A stretch of DNA of 64,000 nt from Torpedo marmorata (taxonomy: Eukaryota). How positions within the stretch are numbered: position 1 is the stretch's first letter; each line of letters begins with the position of its first letter. A program made the translations under genes and the position numbers. Positions 10,853 to 22,954 of this stretch are shown here, piece by piece. The notes below the pieces were generated by a model that made no database searches, had not been told where the DNA came from, and worked only from the letters and a program-made list of their open reading frames with translations. The stretch covers positions 60,636,001 to 60,700,000 of the forward strand of contig OZ360238.1 in the NCBI GenBank assembly GCA_977017645.1, given 5' to 3'.

Positions 10853-11644
10853 CTGGTGCGGACCCGCGGGGAGCGGAAATACAGCGCTCACGCTGGGTCC
10901 AGCCGCCCAGTCGACTGCCGTCGGTTCCGCACGGGCTTTGAACGGCCCGTTAAAGGAGCCGACGGTGGTTTTATTTAAGATCCCGCGACCACGGGGTCTG
11001 CGCCCAAGATGGCAGCGCCTTTTAACCGGCAGCAGCCACGAGGGGCTGCAGATTCCGGGGAAGCGGAGGACTGGAGCAGGGCATCAGAGGACGGGAAGAT
11101 CACCCCCCATCTGAGAATGAGAAGCGGAGGAGACGACCCACGGGTCGCTGACCACGGCGGCGGACCGGTGAGGGGCTCTGAGGCTGAAGGACCAGTGCAT
11201 GCGGCGGGCTGCTGGCAACTCGAGGTGAGGAACCCACGGAGGCTGTGGGCTGCTGGAGACTGCTGTCAGGGGACTCACGCTGGGCTGCGGACTGCTGGAG
11301 GCTGGCTCGAACTGGCTGGAGGAGTACCAGGTATCGAAACCGGGATGCGAGGGGTGCCGAGGGCACCCTGACCGTGTCGGAGGTTCGGATCTGGAGCTCG
11401 GGTTGCCGATGGTTTGGACCGGACTCTGTGTGGCTGCGGAAACGCTGGAGGCGAATCTACGGACACTCGGTGACTCTGGGGGGACTCTCTTTTGCTTCTC
11501 TTTCTCTGACTGTAAGGAATGTTAGAGGCGCTTAGGCAATTTCTGCCGCTGGCGAATCTGTCTGCTTTGCAGCAGGCAAAAAGAAATTTCATGGAATATG
11601 ACACTGTCTTATTACTAAGACAATAAATTGAATCTTGAATCTTA
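10853..11644 (+). mobile_element. About 0.8-kb GC-rich non-coding retroposon with AATAAA and (GAATCTT)n tail
   Basis: Highly similar inverted copy at 36346-37192; tail CAATAAATTGAATCTTGAATCTT. Confidence 0.8.
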
Positions 11645-12475
11645 TGTTATTATTTATTTATAACTGATGAGACCATTCACATCACATTTCTTATGGACAT
11701 TGACTATTTTGTGATGAATGGTGTGGTATCTCTCCCTGATCACTGAATGGCCAACAAAAAGCTTCAATGATCCATTCATTACATTGAAAACTGCTCCATG
11801 AAATAATGTTTAGTACTTACCAAAAAAAAACTTGATCTCTGCTTACAAAAGAAGATAAATGCTAAAAATAAAAAATAAAAATCGGTTTTTGGATATTTTC
11901 AGATCTTCGCATACGGGGTACTTGACCTGTATTAAATTTCAGTCAAACTCTGAATTTCAGAAATTGTTGTGGTTTTCCAAAGTGAAGTATAATTCACTGT
12001 TCTAAGTGCATGAACTTTTTAATTTCCAAATTCTGAGTATTTCAATGTTCAATGATTGGAGTGCTCAATAAATAAACAATGAGCTGCACTGATATCAAAT
12101 CATTCCCATCTTCAGATTTGGTTCAACCAATCAATTACTTTATTGTGCAAACAAGGATCCAATGAGCTCAAGTTCCTCTGACACTATCACGTTGAAAGAT
12201 CCAAATTAATTGTCAAGCAAGAAAATCAGAAGTGAGATGCCTTTGGTAAAACATTATGATTGATGGCCAGAAATGATAATCATATTACAGCAGTACATCG
12301 CAACATATAATGATAAATGCTGGCAGAATGGTGTGAACACAACTGAGACAAGGAGCAAAATCCCAAGCATGGCAAGTAAAACCCTCAGACAACATTTTCA
12401 GTGTTTTAAATTAACAAAAATATAGCATTACATCATTTCTTACTTTTTAAGAAATCTGTACACCAAAAACTGTAC

Positions 12476-12686
12476 CTTTTTTGAATAAGATAGTCCTCAA
12501 GTATGTCCAAGCAGCGCACCATCTGGGAGAAGATAAGAACTTTGTGACCTCCTGCTTTCATCTTTGGAAGCAGTTTGTCGATCAAGACCAGTTTACCAGC
12601 TGACTGGATCATCGCTTGCAGATGAAAATGTGGAGCAGCTGGACTGTGCATCTCTCTGAACTCTCCAAGAATCTTTTCTTCAGCAC
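12476..12686 (-). CDS. CHD9: CHD9 exon (211 nt): AEEKILGEF...[25 protein letters not shown], start of the helicase C-lobe
   Basis: AG/GT boundaries at 12688-87 and 12475-74; [27 protein letters not shown] matches CHD9 as recalled. Confidence 0.93.
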
Positions 12687-13589
12687 CTGGTACAAAGTGA
12701 ACATTCATTACATTGCCAGATAAATAACCCACATCCACAGAAGTAAAACTTTGGTTTCAATTAAATCAATATTAATTTAAGGGGGATTGGGTAAGGTCTC
12801 TGAAGGTAAGCATTTAAATATCAGATTGTAACAGCATACTCAATTTAGATTATATGCTGTCATACCTGTGAAATTGTGCTTTAAAATATCCAACAAATAA
12901 ATCATAACACTGAACTCTGCTACCAGGAGAATTTGTAATTTAATCAAAGAATAACATTTCTAGTTCTTACAAAAACAGACCAAGTGAAAAAGAGATGAAA
13001 TGGACATAACGAGTCAGGTGAGTCCTTCGACATTGCAATTTCCATGGTCTTCTGAAATGTCCTGCAAGTTTTGTTTGAGCATTGTTAGGAAAACACAATT
13101 CTGATAGGAGCATGTTGGTGCACGATTTGAAGTGTTGCTGAGTTTTTCCCAAATAAACATTATATCTTGGAAAAAAAAGTGTTTTCCACTTTGCTTCTTT
13201 CCACCCTCAGCATTTCCAATAAGCAAGTCACGGTGTCACCGCTGCTATCCTCAAGATTTTCTTCTCCTCCTTGCCTGATTGCATAGAAATCCAGTTATTA
13301 TGCTAATTACTCAGACGCCTGGATGGAAGAGCTGGAATAACATGCTCAAAGGAGTTGATGGAGGGGAGACTGGTTTGCATGATGGCCTGAGCTACGTTCA
13401 CAACTCTGTAGTTTCTTGCGGCCTTGGGCAGATCAGTTCCTGCAGTAAGCTGTAATGCACCTGGACAGAAAACGTTCAGTGGTGCATCAATAAAAATTGG
13501 TCAGAGTCATCGGGGACATGTCAAATTTCCTTAAGCTTCTGAGGAAATAGAGTTGTTGATGTGCAAAGCTGCCAGTAAACTTAAAGACC

Positions 13590-14110
13590 CACCTCACTCT
13601 GATCACATTTTCTTCTCCCCCTTTCCGTTGGACAGAAGATGCATGAGTTTGAAAACATGAGCCTCCAGATTCAAGGACAGTTTGTTGCCTGCGGTTATCA
13701 TACTCTTGAATGGACCTCTCTTTGGATAAAGATGACAGCCCTGCACTATATCAGGGGTGGGCAACCTTTTAATTTTTAATTTAGACATACAACAAGGTAA
13801 CAGGCCATTTCAGCCCACGAGTCCGTGCCGCCCAATTAACCTACACCCCCGTTACGTACTCGTGGGCCGAAATGGCCTGTTTCCGTGCTGTATGTCTAAA
13901 TTAAAAATTAAAAGGTTGCCCTCCCCTGCTCTTTATCCTGCACTTTGTCTTAGTAACTCTATACCCTGCATATTTTGGCCTATTGTAACACTACACCTTG
14001 TACATTTGTTTCATTATTGCACTAGCTGCTGTAACTGAGTGCAGGTTGACTTGCCTGGATAGCATTCAAAATGTTTCATTGTTTCTAAATAAGTGTGACA
14101 ATAAACAATT
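13590..14110 (+). mobile_element. Degenerate Rex-Babar-type LINE 3' fragment, interrupted by the palindromic MITE
   Basis: CCAGATTCAAGGACAGTTTGTTGCCTGCGGTTATCA resembles the RLKDSFFPAAIR end of the Rex ORFs; ends at GACAATAAAC. Confidence 0.55.
13752..13928. mobile_element. 177-bp palindromic MITE with hAT-like termini whose arms are SINE 3' tails
   Basis: 71-bp arms (13752-13822 and 13858-13928) with 5 mismatches; ends CAGGGGTGGGCAA / TTGCCCTCCCCTG; 8-bp flanks CACTATAT and CTCTTTAT. Confidence 0.75.
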
Positions 14111-14424
14111 CAATTACCTCTGCAGCATCAGTGAACTAAATAATCTGTAATTCAAAAGTAAGCATCAGTAATGAAGACCAAGAAACTGTCAGGTTATCAC
14201 AAAAATCCATCTGGTCCATTGATTGCCTTACTTGGGACTGAACTATACACCACTTTTTACAGCCTTCTTAAATGGCCCAACAAGCTATTCAGTTCTCCAA
14301 AATTGTCTTCACAATTGTGGACTGCAGTGTTCCAAAGGATAATTAGGAATAGATAATAAATATTCATCTTGACAGTGAAGTCCACATCCCGAAAGAGAAT
14401 ACCGAAGTACCATTAAAACTTTAA

Positions 14425-15155
14425 ATCAAGTCAAGTTTATTGTCATCTGATTGTACAAGTACAACCCGACGAAACAGCATGCAAAACATGCAGACATACA
14501 ACCAGGCATAACTGACATACAAACAAACAATACATAAGCAGGACAAGCATTTCATCAATACAAATAAATAAATAAATATTGTTTCATGAATATGAGTCTC
14601 GGGTGGTTAGTGTGAGCAGTTCCTTTGGTCGTTCAGCATTCTCACTGCCCGTGGGAAGAAGCTGTTCCTCAGCCTGCTGGTGCTGGCTCTGATACTCCTG
14701 TATCTCTTTCCCGACGGGAGCAGCTGAAAGATGCTGTGTGCAGGGTGAAAGGGTTCCTCAATGATTTTGCGCGCCCTCTTCAGACAATGATCCCGGTAGA
14801 TCACGTCGATGGGGGAGAGGGAGACTCCAGTGATCCTCTCTGCCACTCTTATGGTCCTGTAGATTGACCTCCGATCCATTTCTCTGCAGCAACCATACCA
14901 CACTATGATGTAGTCGGCCAGGATGCTCTCGATAGAGCTCCTATAGAAGGTTGACATAATGGTGGCCGGTAGCCTTGCCTGCTTCAGTCTTCTCTGGAAG
15001 TGCAGTCGCTGTTGCGCCTTCCTGACAAGTGAGGAGATGTTGAGTGCCCACAATAGGTCACTAGTTAAGTGAACCTCAAGTAACTTGGTGCTCTCCACTC
15101 TCTACTACAGAGTTGTTGATGTGTAGTGGAGGGTGGTCGTTCCTGGTCCTCCTTT
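14425..15155 (-). mobile_element. Rex-Babar LINE, 5'-truncated (RT C-terminus, 3' UTR, (CTTGA)n tail)
   Basis: ORF 14607-15098 KAQQRLH..FYRSSIESIL..LLPSGKRYRS..RLRNSFFPRA. Confidence 0.85.
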
Positions 15156-15399
15156 ATTGTTTTAAAGTGGTTCAGTTCCTACTTTCCACCCAAGTCAGCA
15201 GATTGTGGGTTCAAGTCCCACTCTAGAAATCTGGGCAAAATAAATCAAGCCCAAGACTCCAATGCAACACAGGTAATGACACAGTTGAGAACACCACTTT
15301 TCAGGCAAGATGTTGAACTCAGACCATCTACTTTCCTAGTGGATGTAAAAACACTTGTATGCCTTTTTCAAAGAGCAGTACGCAAGCTACCTCGAGTAT

Positions 15400-16276
15400 G
15401 TAGACAAAAGAGACTGCAGATGCTGGAATCTCAAGCAAAAAATCAGAACCCTGAATGAACTCAGCAGGTTAGTCAACATCTCATGCTCCTGCCCATGCTC
15501 ACATGTCTGTCCATGGTCTCATGTACTGTCCCACCAAGACCACCCGTAAATTGGAGGAATAACACTTGATTTTCCGTCTGGGCATTCTCCAAGCGGATGG
15601 CATTAACATCGACTTTTCCGGTTTCTGCTAGCCAACTTTCCGTTCTCCCTCCCTTCCCTTTGTCTTCTTTCCTCCAGCTCTCCACCCCCTTCCCTCTCTA
15701 TTCACAGAGCCACCCCTCCTCCCCTTGCTTGCTGGTGTGTCCTCCCTCCCTTATCCATCTATTACCTCCTGCCTTTGGGATGGTGCTCCTCTCCCTACCC
15801 CTCACCATTTTGTTCAGGGGCCTGCTGACATTTTTCCATACCTTGTTGAAGGGCTCAAGCCCGAAACATTGGTTATTTATCTTTATCTTTGCTATATAAA
15901 GTACACTGTTTGACCTGCTGAGTTTCTCCAGCATTGTGTTTTTACTTTAGTCAACATCTGTGGAGGCAAAAGATGTAAATCGACATTTTGCCTCATAACT
16001 GTACATCAGGACTCAGAAAAGTGGAAAGATTGCCAGTATATAGCAGAATGAGGGGTGCGTAGAACAGAGGCAAGAAATAGGTGGAACCACATGGGGAAGA
16101 GATGATGGGCAGATGGAACCCAGTGGAAAGGTGAAGGGGGGGGGTTTGGTACAGATGAGAAGGGGATGATGTGCACATGGAACCTGGTGGGGTGAGGAGG
16201 GGGAGAAGATAAACAAAAAGACAAGAAAACTAAATGGGGTAGGTGAGTGTCTATGGGAGGAGAACACCAAGGGTAA
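15400..16276 (-). mobile_element. Old degenerate Penelope-like 3' region hosting younger insertions; appears to resume at 21268-21840
   Basis: CTGCAGATGCTGGAA..AACTCAGCAGG tail motif; polypurine tract; 21268-21420 resembles 17000-17140. Confidence 0.55.
15482..15946 (+). mobile_element. Penelope-like 3' fragment (end of GIY-YIG domain plus tail) with 13-bp TSD
   Basis: TSD TTAGTCAACATCT at 15469-15481 and 15947-15959; homologous to the reverse complement of 16320-16760. Confidence 0.85.
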
Positions 16277-16279
16277 GTT

Positions 16280-17890
16280 AAAACACGAAAATCTGTAGAC
16301 ACCGTGGTTGAAGTAAAAAACACAAATGCTGGAGAACTCAGCAGGTCAAACAGTGTCTTTTATGTAGCAAAGGTAGAAATACATAACCGACGTTTCGGGC
16401 TTGAGACCTTCATCAAAGTATGAGAAAATGCCGGCAGGCGTCAGAACAAAGGAGTGAGGGGGGAAGGGGGATGGCAAAGGCAGGAGATGATAGGTGGAGA
16501 AAGGAGGGAGGGGACAGCAGCAAAGAGGGGGAGGAGGGATGGCTGGGTAGCTGGAGAAAAACAGGAAGGACAGGTGAGGGGGGAGGGGAAGGGAACAACA
16601 AGCAGGTTTAGTGGAAAGCAGAAAAGTCAATGTTAATGCCATCTGGCTGGAGAGTGCCGAGACGGAATATGAGATGTTGTTCCTCCAATTTGCGGGTAGT
16701 CTGGGTGGGATAGTACATGAGGCCATGGACAGACATGTGAGTGTGGGAGTGTGACCCAGAATTGAAATGGTTGGCTACTGGGAGGTCGCTGTTGTTGCGG
16801 ACAGAAAGGAGGTGCTCAGCAAAGCGGTCTCCCAATCTACGACCGGTCTCTCCAATGTATAGAAAGCCACAAAGGGAGCAGCGGATGCAGTAAATAAGTC
16901 CTCTGGATGTACAAGTGAAGTGTAGTTTCACTGGAAGGCCTGTTTGGGGCCCTGGACCGTGGTGAGGGGGGAGGTGTGGGCGCAGGTGTTGCACCTCCTG
17001 CGGGCACAGGGGAAGGTTCCGGGGGTGCGATGGGTGGGGAGGGATGAGTGCACGAGTGAATCGCGGAGGGAGCGGTCCCTACGGAAGGCCGAGAGGGGAG
17101 GAGAAGGAAAAATGTGTCTGGTGGTGGGATCCTGTAGTAAGTGCCGGAAATTCCGGCGGATAATGTGTTGGATGCGGAGGCTGGTGGGGTGGTAGGTGAG
17201 GATGAGGGGGATTCTATGTTTGTTGTGTCTGGGGGCAGAGGGGGCCAGGGCAGATGAGCGGGAAATGGAGGAGATGCGGGTGAGGGCTGAGTTGATGGTG
17301 GTGGAGGGGAAGCCACGTTTGTGGAAAAAGGCAGACATTTCAGAAGATCTGGAGTAGAACACCTCATCTTGGGAACAGATGCGGCGGAGGCGGAGAAATT
17401 GAGAGAAGGGATGGAGTCCTTGCAGGGGACAGGGTGTGAGGATGTGTAGTCCAGATAGTTGTGGGAGTTGGAGGGTTTGTAGTAAATGTCGGTGGAAAGC
17501 TTGTCTCCCGAGATGGAGACAGAGAGATCCAGGAAGGGGAGAGTGTTATCGGAGATGGACCAGGTGAGTTTGAGATCGTGGTGAAAGTTGGATGCGAAGT
17601 GGATGAAGTTGACAAGCTCATCGTGGGTGCATGAGGCAGCCCCGATGTAGTCGTCGATATACCGGAGGAAGAGATGAGGGGTCTTGCCTGTGTAGGCTTG
17701 CAGCATGGATTGCTCCACAAAGCCCACAAACAGGCAGGTGTAGCTGGGACCCATGCGGGTACCCATGGCTACTCCTTTGATTTGGAGGAAGTGGGATGAG
17801 TTGAAGGAGAAGTTATTGAGAGTGAGGACAAGTTCTGCCAGGCGGAGGAGGGTGGTGGTAGAGGGTGACTGGTCGGGTCTTTGGTCCAGG
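16280..17890 (-). mobile_element. Penelope-like retroelement (RT plus GIY-YIG endonuclease), 5'-truncated and frameshifted
   Basis: GVAMGTRMGPSY..FLRYIDD..LPFLD (ORF 16837-18015); LIYCIRCSLCGFLYIGETGRRLGDRFAEH (ORF 16608-16994). Confidence 0.92.
16382..16422 (-). ncRNA. Minimal hammerhead-ribozyme-like motif in the Penelope tail
   Basis: Minus strand CATACT-TTGATGA-A-GGTC-TCAA-GCCC-GAAAC-GTC-GGTTATG; stem II has one mismatch. Confidence 0.5.
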
Positions 17891-20800
17891 AGCTCCCGGT
17901 TGGTATGTTGCCTTCCAGGTGCCAGGGTCAAGGATGTCTCTGATCGAGTACACAGCATTCTGGAGGGGGAGGGCGACCAGCCAGGTGTCGTGGTCCACGT
18001 GGGGACCAATGACAAGAAAGAAATGGGGATGAGGTCCTGAAGAAGGAATATAAGGAGTTAGGAAGGAAGTTAAAAAGCAGGACCTCGAGGGTGGTAATCT
18101 CAGGATTGCTGCCTGTGCCACGTGGTAGAGAGGGTAGGAATAGGAAGATGTGGAGGATGAATGTGTGGCTAAAGAGTTGGTGCTGGGGGCAGGGGTTCAC
18201 ATTTGTGGATCATTGGGATCTCTTCTGACCTGTTCAAAAGGGACGGGCTGCACCTGAACTGGAGGGGGACCAATATCCTGGCAGGTAGGTTTGCTAGAGC
18301 TGTTGGGGAGGGTTTAAACTAGTTTGGAAGGGGGGTGGGAATCAGAATGAGAATGCGGAGAGTAGGGTAGAAGAACACCTAGATTTGAAGGAAGAGAGGA
18401 ACCAGAATGTTAAAGTTAATGAAGGAGAGGGTAATCAAAGGAGTGTATGTGGGGGACATTCTCTCAAGTGTATATATTTCAATGCAAGGAGCATTGTAAG
18501 AAAGGTGGATGAGCTTAGAGTATGGATTGACACATGGAAATATAATATTGTAGCCATCAGTGAAACTTGGTTGCAGGAGGGGCATGACTTGCAGCTCAAT
18601 ATTCCTGGATTCCGTTGTTTTAGGCGTGGTAGAACAGGGGGGGATAAAAGGTGGAGGGTTCGCAGTGCTCGTTAGAGAAACCATTACAGCGGTGCTATGG
18701 CAGGATAGATTGGAGGGCTCGTCCAGTGAGGCTATTTGGGTGGAACTGAGGAATGGGAAAGGCATAAAAACACTAATGGGAGTGTATTACAGACCACCAA
18801 ATGGGCAGAGGGAATTAAAGGAGGAAATTTGTAAGGAGATAAAACATATGTGTAATAAACATAAGGTGGTGATTATAGGTGATTTTAACTTTCCACACAT
18901 TGACTGGGACGCCCATACTGTAATAGGGCAGGATGGGTTGGAGTTTGTCAAATGTGTTCAGGAAAGTTTTCTAAATCACTACATAGAAGAACTGACGAGA
19001 GAGGGGGCAGTATTGGATCTCCTATTTGGGAACAAGATAGGTCAGGTGACAGAGGTTTGTGTTGGGGAACACTTTGGGTCTAGTGATCATAATACCATTA
19101 GTTTTAGGTTGATAATGGAGAAGGATAGGGCTGGGCCTAAGGTTGAGATTCTTGATTGGAATAAGGCAAATTTCAAGGAGATGAGGAAGGATTTAGAGGG
19201 TGTGGATTGGGATAATTTATTTTTAGGAAAGAATGTCACAGATAAATGGAGGATATTCAAAGGGGAAATTTTGAGAGTACAGAGTCGGTTTGTCCCTGTG
19301 AGGATTAAAGGAAGAGTTAGAAAATATAGGGAGCCTTGGTTTTCAAAGGATATTGGGAATTTGGTTGAGAGGAAGAGGGATGTGTACAACAGGTATAGAC
19401 AGCAGGGAATAGATGAGGTCCTTGAGGAATATAAGGAGTGTAAAAAAAATCTTAAGAAAGAAATTAGAAAGGCTAAAAGGAGATATGAGGCTGCTTTGGC
19501 AGGCAAGGTAAAAATAAATCCAAAGGGTTTCTACAGGTACATTAAAAGCAAAAGAATAGTGAGGGATAAAATTGGGCCCATTGAGGATCAGACGGGTAGG
19601 CTATGTGAGAAGTCAGAGGAGATGGGGGAGATTTTAAATGAATTTTTTTCTTCAGTATTTACAAAGGAAAGGAATATTGAGCCAGGTGAGGTAAGGAAAT
19701 CTGTAGTGAGGTCATGGATAACATAAAGATTAAGGAGGAGGTAGTATTGGCTATTTTAAAGAGTATAAAGGTGGATAAATCTCCAGGTCCTGACAGGATA
19801 TTCCCGAGGATCCTGAGGGAGGTTAGTGTACAAATAGTGGGGGCTATGACATAAATATTTAAAATGTCACTGGCCCGGGGGAGGTGCCGGATGATAGCTC
19901 ATGTTGTCCCGCTGTTTAAGAAGGGCTCCAAAAGTAAACCTGGAAATTATAGGCCTGTGAGTCTGACATCGTTGGTAGGTAAATTAATGAAGAGTGTTCT
20001 TAGAGATGGTGTATACAGTTATTTGGAAAGACAAGCATTGATTAGGAGTAGTCAACACGGTTTTGTTCGTGGTAGATCATGTTTGACAAATCTCAGAGTT
20101 TTTCGATGAGGTTACTAAGAGGGTTGACAAGGGGAAGGCTGTGGATGTTGTCTATATGGACTTTAGTAAGGCATTTGACAAGGTTCCGCATAAGAGGCTA
20201 GTTAGGAAGGTTCAAGCATTACGTATTAACGATGAAGTAGTGAAATGGATTCAACAATGGTTGGATAGGAGATGCCAGAGAGTAGTGGTGGAAAGTTGTT
20301 TGTCAAATTGGAGGCCGGTGGCTAGTGGAGTGCCTCAGGGATCGGTACTGGGTCCATTGTTGTTTGTCATATATATTAATGACCTAGATGATAGGGTGGT
20401 AAATTGGATTAGTAAGTATGCAGATGATACGAAGATTGGTGGTGGTGTGGACAGTGAAGAGGGATATCAAAGCTTACAGGGAGATATAGGACAGTTAGAA
20501 GAGTGGTCGGAAACATGGCAGATGAAGATTTAATACTGATAAATGTGAGGTGCTACATTTTGGTAGGATTAATCAGCAAAGGTCATACATGTTAAATGGA
20601 AGACAATTGAGAAGTGCAGTAGAACAGAGGGATTTAGGAATTCTGGTACATAATTTCCTGAAAGTTGAGTCACACGTAGATAGGGTGGTGAAGAAAGCAT
20701 TTGGTATGTTGGCCTTCATAAATCAGAGTATTGAATATAGGAGTTGGGATGTCATGTTGAAGTTGTATAAGGCATTGGTGAGGCCAAATTTGGAATATTG

Positions 20801-21267
20801 TGCGCAGTTTTGGTCGCCGAATTACAGGAAGGATATAAACAAAATAGAGAGAGTGCAGAGGAGATTTACAAGAATGTTGCCTGGGTTGATTTGATAGAGG
20901 TATTTAAAATTATGAAGGGGAAAGATAGAGTCAATGTGGACAGGCTTTTTCCATTGAGAGAGGGGAAGATTCAAACAAGAGGGGGAATTGAGATTGAAGG
21001 GGGAAAAGTTTAGAGGAAACATGAGGGGGAATTTCTTCACTCAGAGGGTGGTAGGAGGGTGGAACGAGCTTCCGGCCGAAGTGGTAGATGCAGGTTCAAT
21101 TTTAATGTTTAAGGAAAAGTTGGATAGGTATATGGACGAGAGAGGTGAAGAGGGTTATGGGCCGGGTGCGGGTGAGTGGGACGAGGTGGGAGAATGTGTT
21201 CGGCATGGACTGGAAGGGCCGAACTGGCCTGTTTCTGTGCTGTAAGTGTTATATGGTTATATTATAT
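17890..21267 (+). mobile_element. CR1 LINE: 3' half of the ORF1 esterase, near-complete ORF2 (APE plus RT) with frameshifts, and 3' tail
   Basis: VVVHVGTND; YFNARSI; GDFNFP; SDHN; GNYRPVSLTS; DFSKAFDKV; GVPQGSVLGP; YADD; GGCCTGTTTCTGTGCTGTA tail. Confidence 0.93.
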
Positions 21268-21459
21268 GGCAAAGGAATGTGCCAGGATATGGGGAGCAGT
21301 GAGTAAGAAGGTATGAGCAGACTTGGGAGTCACAAAGAGAATGGTCCCGAGAGAAAGCAGAAAGGCAGGGAGAGGGGAAGGTGTGACTGGTGGTCAGGTC
21401 ACATTGGATCTGGCAGAAACAGCAGAGGATGGGGAAGTGAAAGGCGAGGACCAAGAGAA

Positions 21460-21616
21460 CTCTATTGCTGTCTATTACTTGACCTGCATGTGTATTGTTT
21501 GTCTGTATGTGTGTTATGTCTGGTTGTGTGTCTGCACGTTTTGCACTGAGGATTGGAGAACGCTGTTTCATCGGGTTGTACTTGTGCAATCAGATGACAA
21601 TAAACTTGACTTGACT
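21460..21616 (+). mobile_element. Rex-Babar 3' UTR fragment with (CTTGA)n tail
   Basis: Reverse complement of 14425-14560. Confidence 0.75.
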
Positions 21617-22698
21617 GTTCTGTCCAGGGAGAGGGGGTGTGAGAACAGACATGTGGAAATGGAGAGTTCCATCAAGTATGACAGAGGGGAGCCAAATTTC
21701 TGGAAGAAAGAAGTTTCAGAAGCCCCAGAGTGGAAAACCCCATCTTGAGAACAGATGTGGTGGATTCAAAGAAATTTTGAGAAAAGGGGATGACATCCTG
21801 ATAAGAGTCAGGGTGGGAGGAAGAGGTTACCCCTGGTGTGTTACCCAATAGTAAACGCTCTGTAAACATCACCAAAATATACATTATTCTTTCTTAAATT
21901 TGCACGGTACAAACTGGCTGCTACTTTTCCGACAAATGAAATATTATTTTCCAAAGAACTGCCAAGCAAGAGAAAGGGGCTGGAAAACTCAGCTTTAGCT
22001 CCTTGTTGTAAATCGCACAATGAATTTTTAAAAGTTAGGTTTGCTCAAGCTCATTTATTGATTCTTCAATGCCTCTACCAGGAGATCATAAATTGGTATC
22101 AATGTGAACAGCGCCTAGTATATTAAGAGATAAGCAAACCAATTAAAAGTTTCTACAGAAAGGCACAACAAATATTTTCACCAGCTTTCAAATACCAAGA
22201 ATAAAAGTGGTTACTACATCTCAAAATTGGATAAATTAGTTATCTTAATTTCTATTGCCTTGCCCCTGCCCTAGCCACTGCCTACTTCAACCTCAAACTC
22301 CTGTCTTTCAGAGCCAAACGCAACAGCATGAGTGACTCATAATTGTTTTCCAATTGTTAGCCAACAGAAAAATCAATGGTTTATTTATGGGCCGATTTAA
22401 CATGATGTAACTCACTGCAGATTTAAATATCAGACAGGCAACAATTAGACAGGCAATGATTAGATGGGCAACGATCAGACACCCACTTTCTAAAGGATTC
22501 CCTGACAAAGCATTTTATGACACCATTGCAGTGGCACATCAACAGTACAGAAAGCTGGTCAAGAATCTGGGAAATTTTCAAGAAAAAAAATAATGTTAAA
22601 TTAACAGAGCAAGAAAATAAAACCCAGCATTTTCAACTGTATAATATTAAGTAAACTACCGTAATTGTTTCAGAGAAGTATGGTAGTCAAATTGTTAC

Positions 22699-22954
22699 CT
22701 TTTATAAGGTAGGGATGATTGCAGCACTTTCTGAGCTCCATCATTGTATTTACAAGATTTGGCACATTTGCCTGCCCTGCTCCTTTGGATAGGAAAGTGA
22801 AGTTTCTTTCCAGGATTGCACGATAATATTTCTTTTGAATATTGGTCAGCTCTACTTCAATGATAGTCTCCTCCTTAGGAGCCAGCTTCTTTTCCACATC
22901 CTCCTTTAAACGCCGCAGCATCATGGGCTTTAATATTGCCTGAAGCTTTTGCAC
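22699..22954 (-). CDS. CHD9: CHD9 exon (256 nt): [29 protein letters not shown]...[13 protein letters not shown]
   Basis: AG at 22956-55, GT at 22698-97; SNF2 linker sequence. Confidence 0.95.

Noticed and set aside
1-12475. Next CHD9 exon (YERIDGRVRG...FDSDWNPQNDLQ) not found, raising possible gene truncation
   Set aside because: Other introns here reach about 10 kb, so the exon most likely lies beyond the window start; the visible exons have no disabling lesions
16837-18040. 392-aa ORF suggesting a novel esterase/RT fusion protein
   Set aside because: Read-through across the Penelope/CR1 junction; the N-terminus is antisense CR1 and the C-terminus is out of frame
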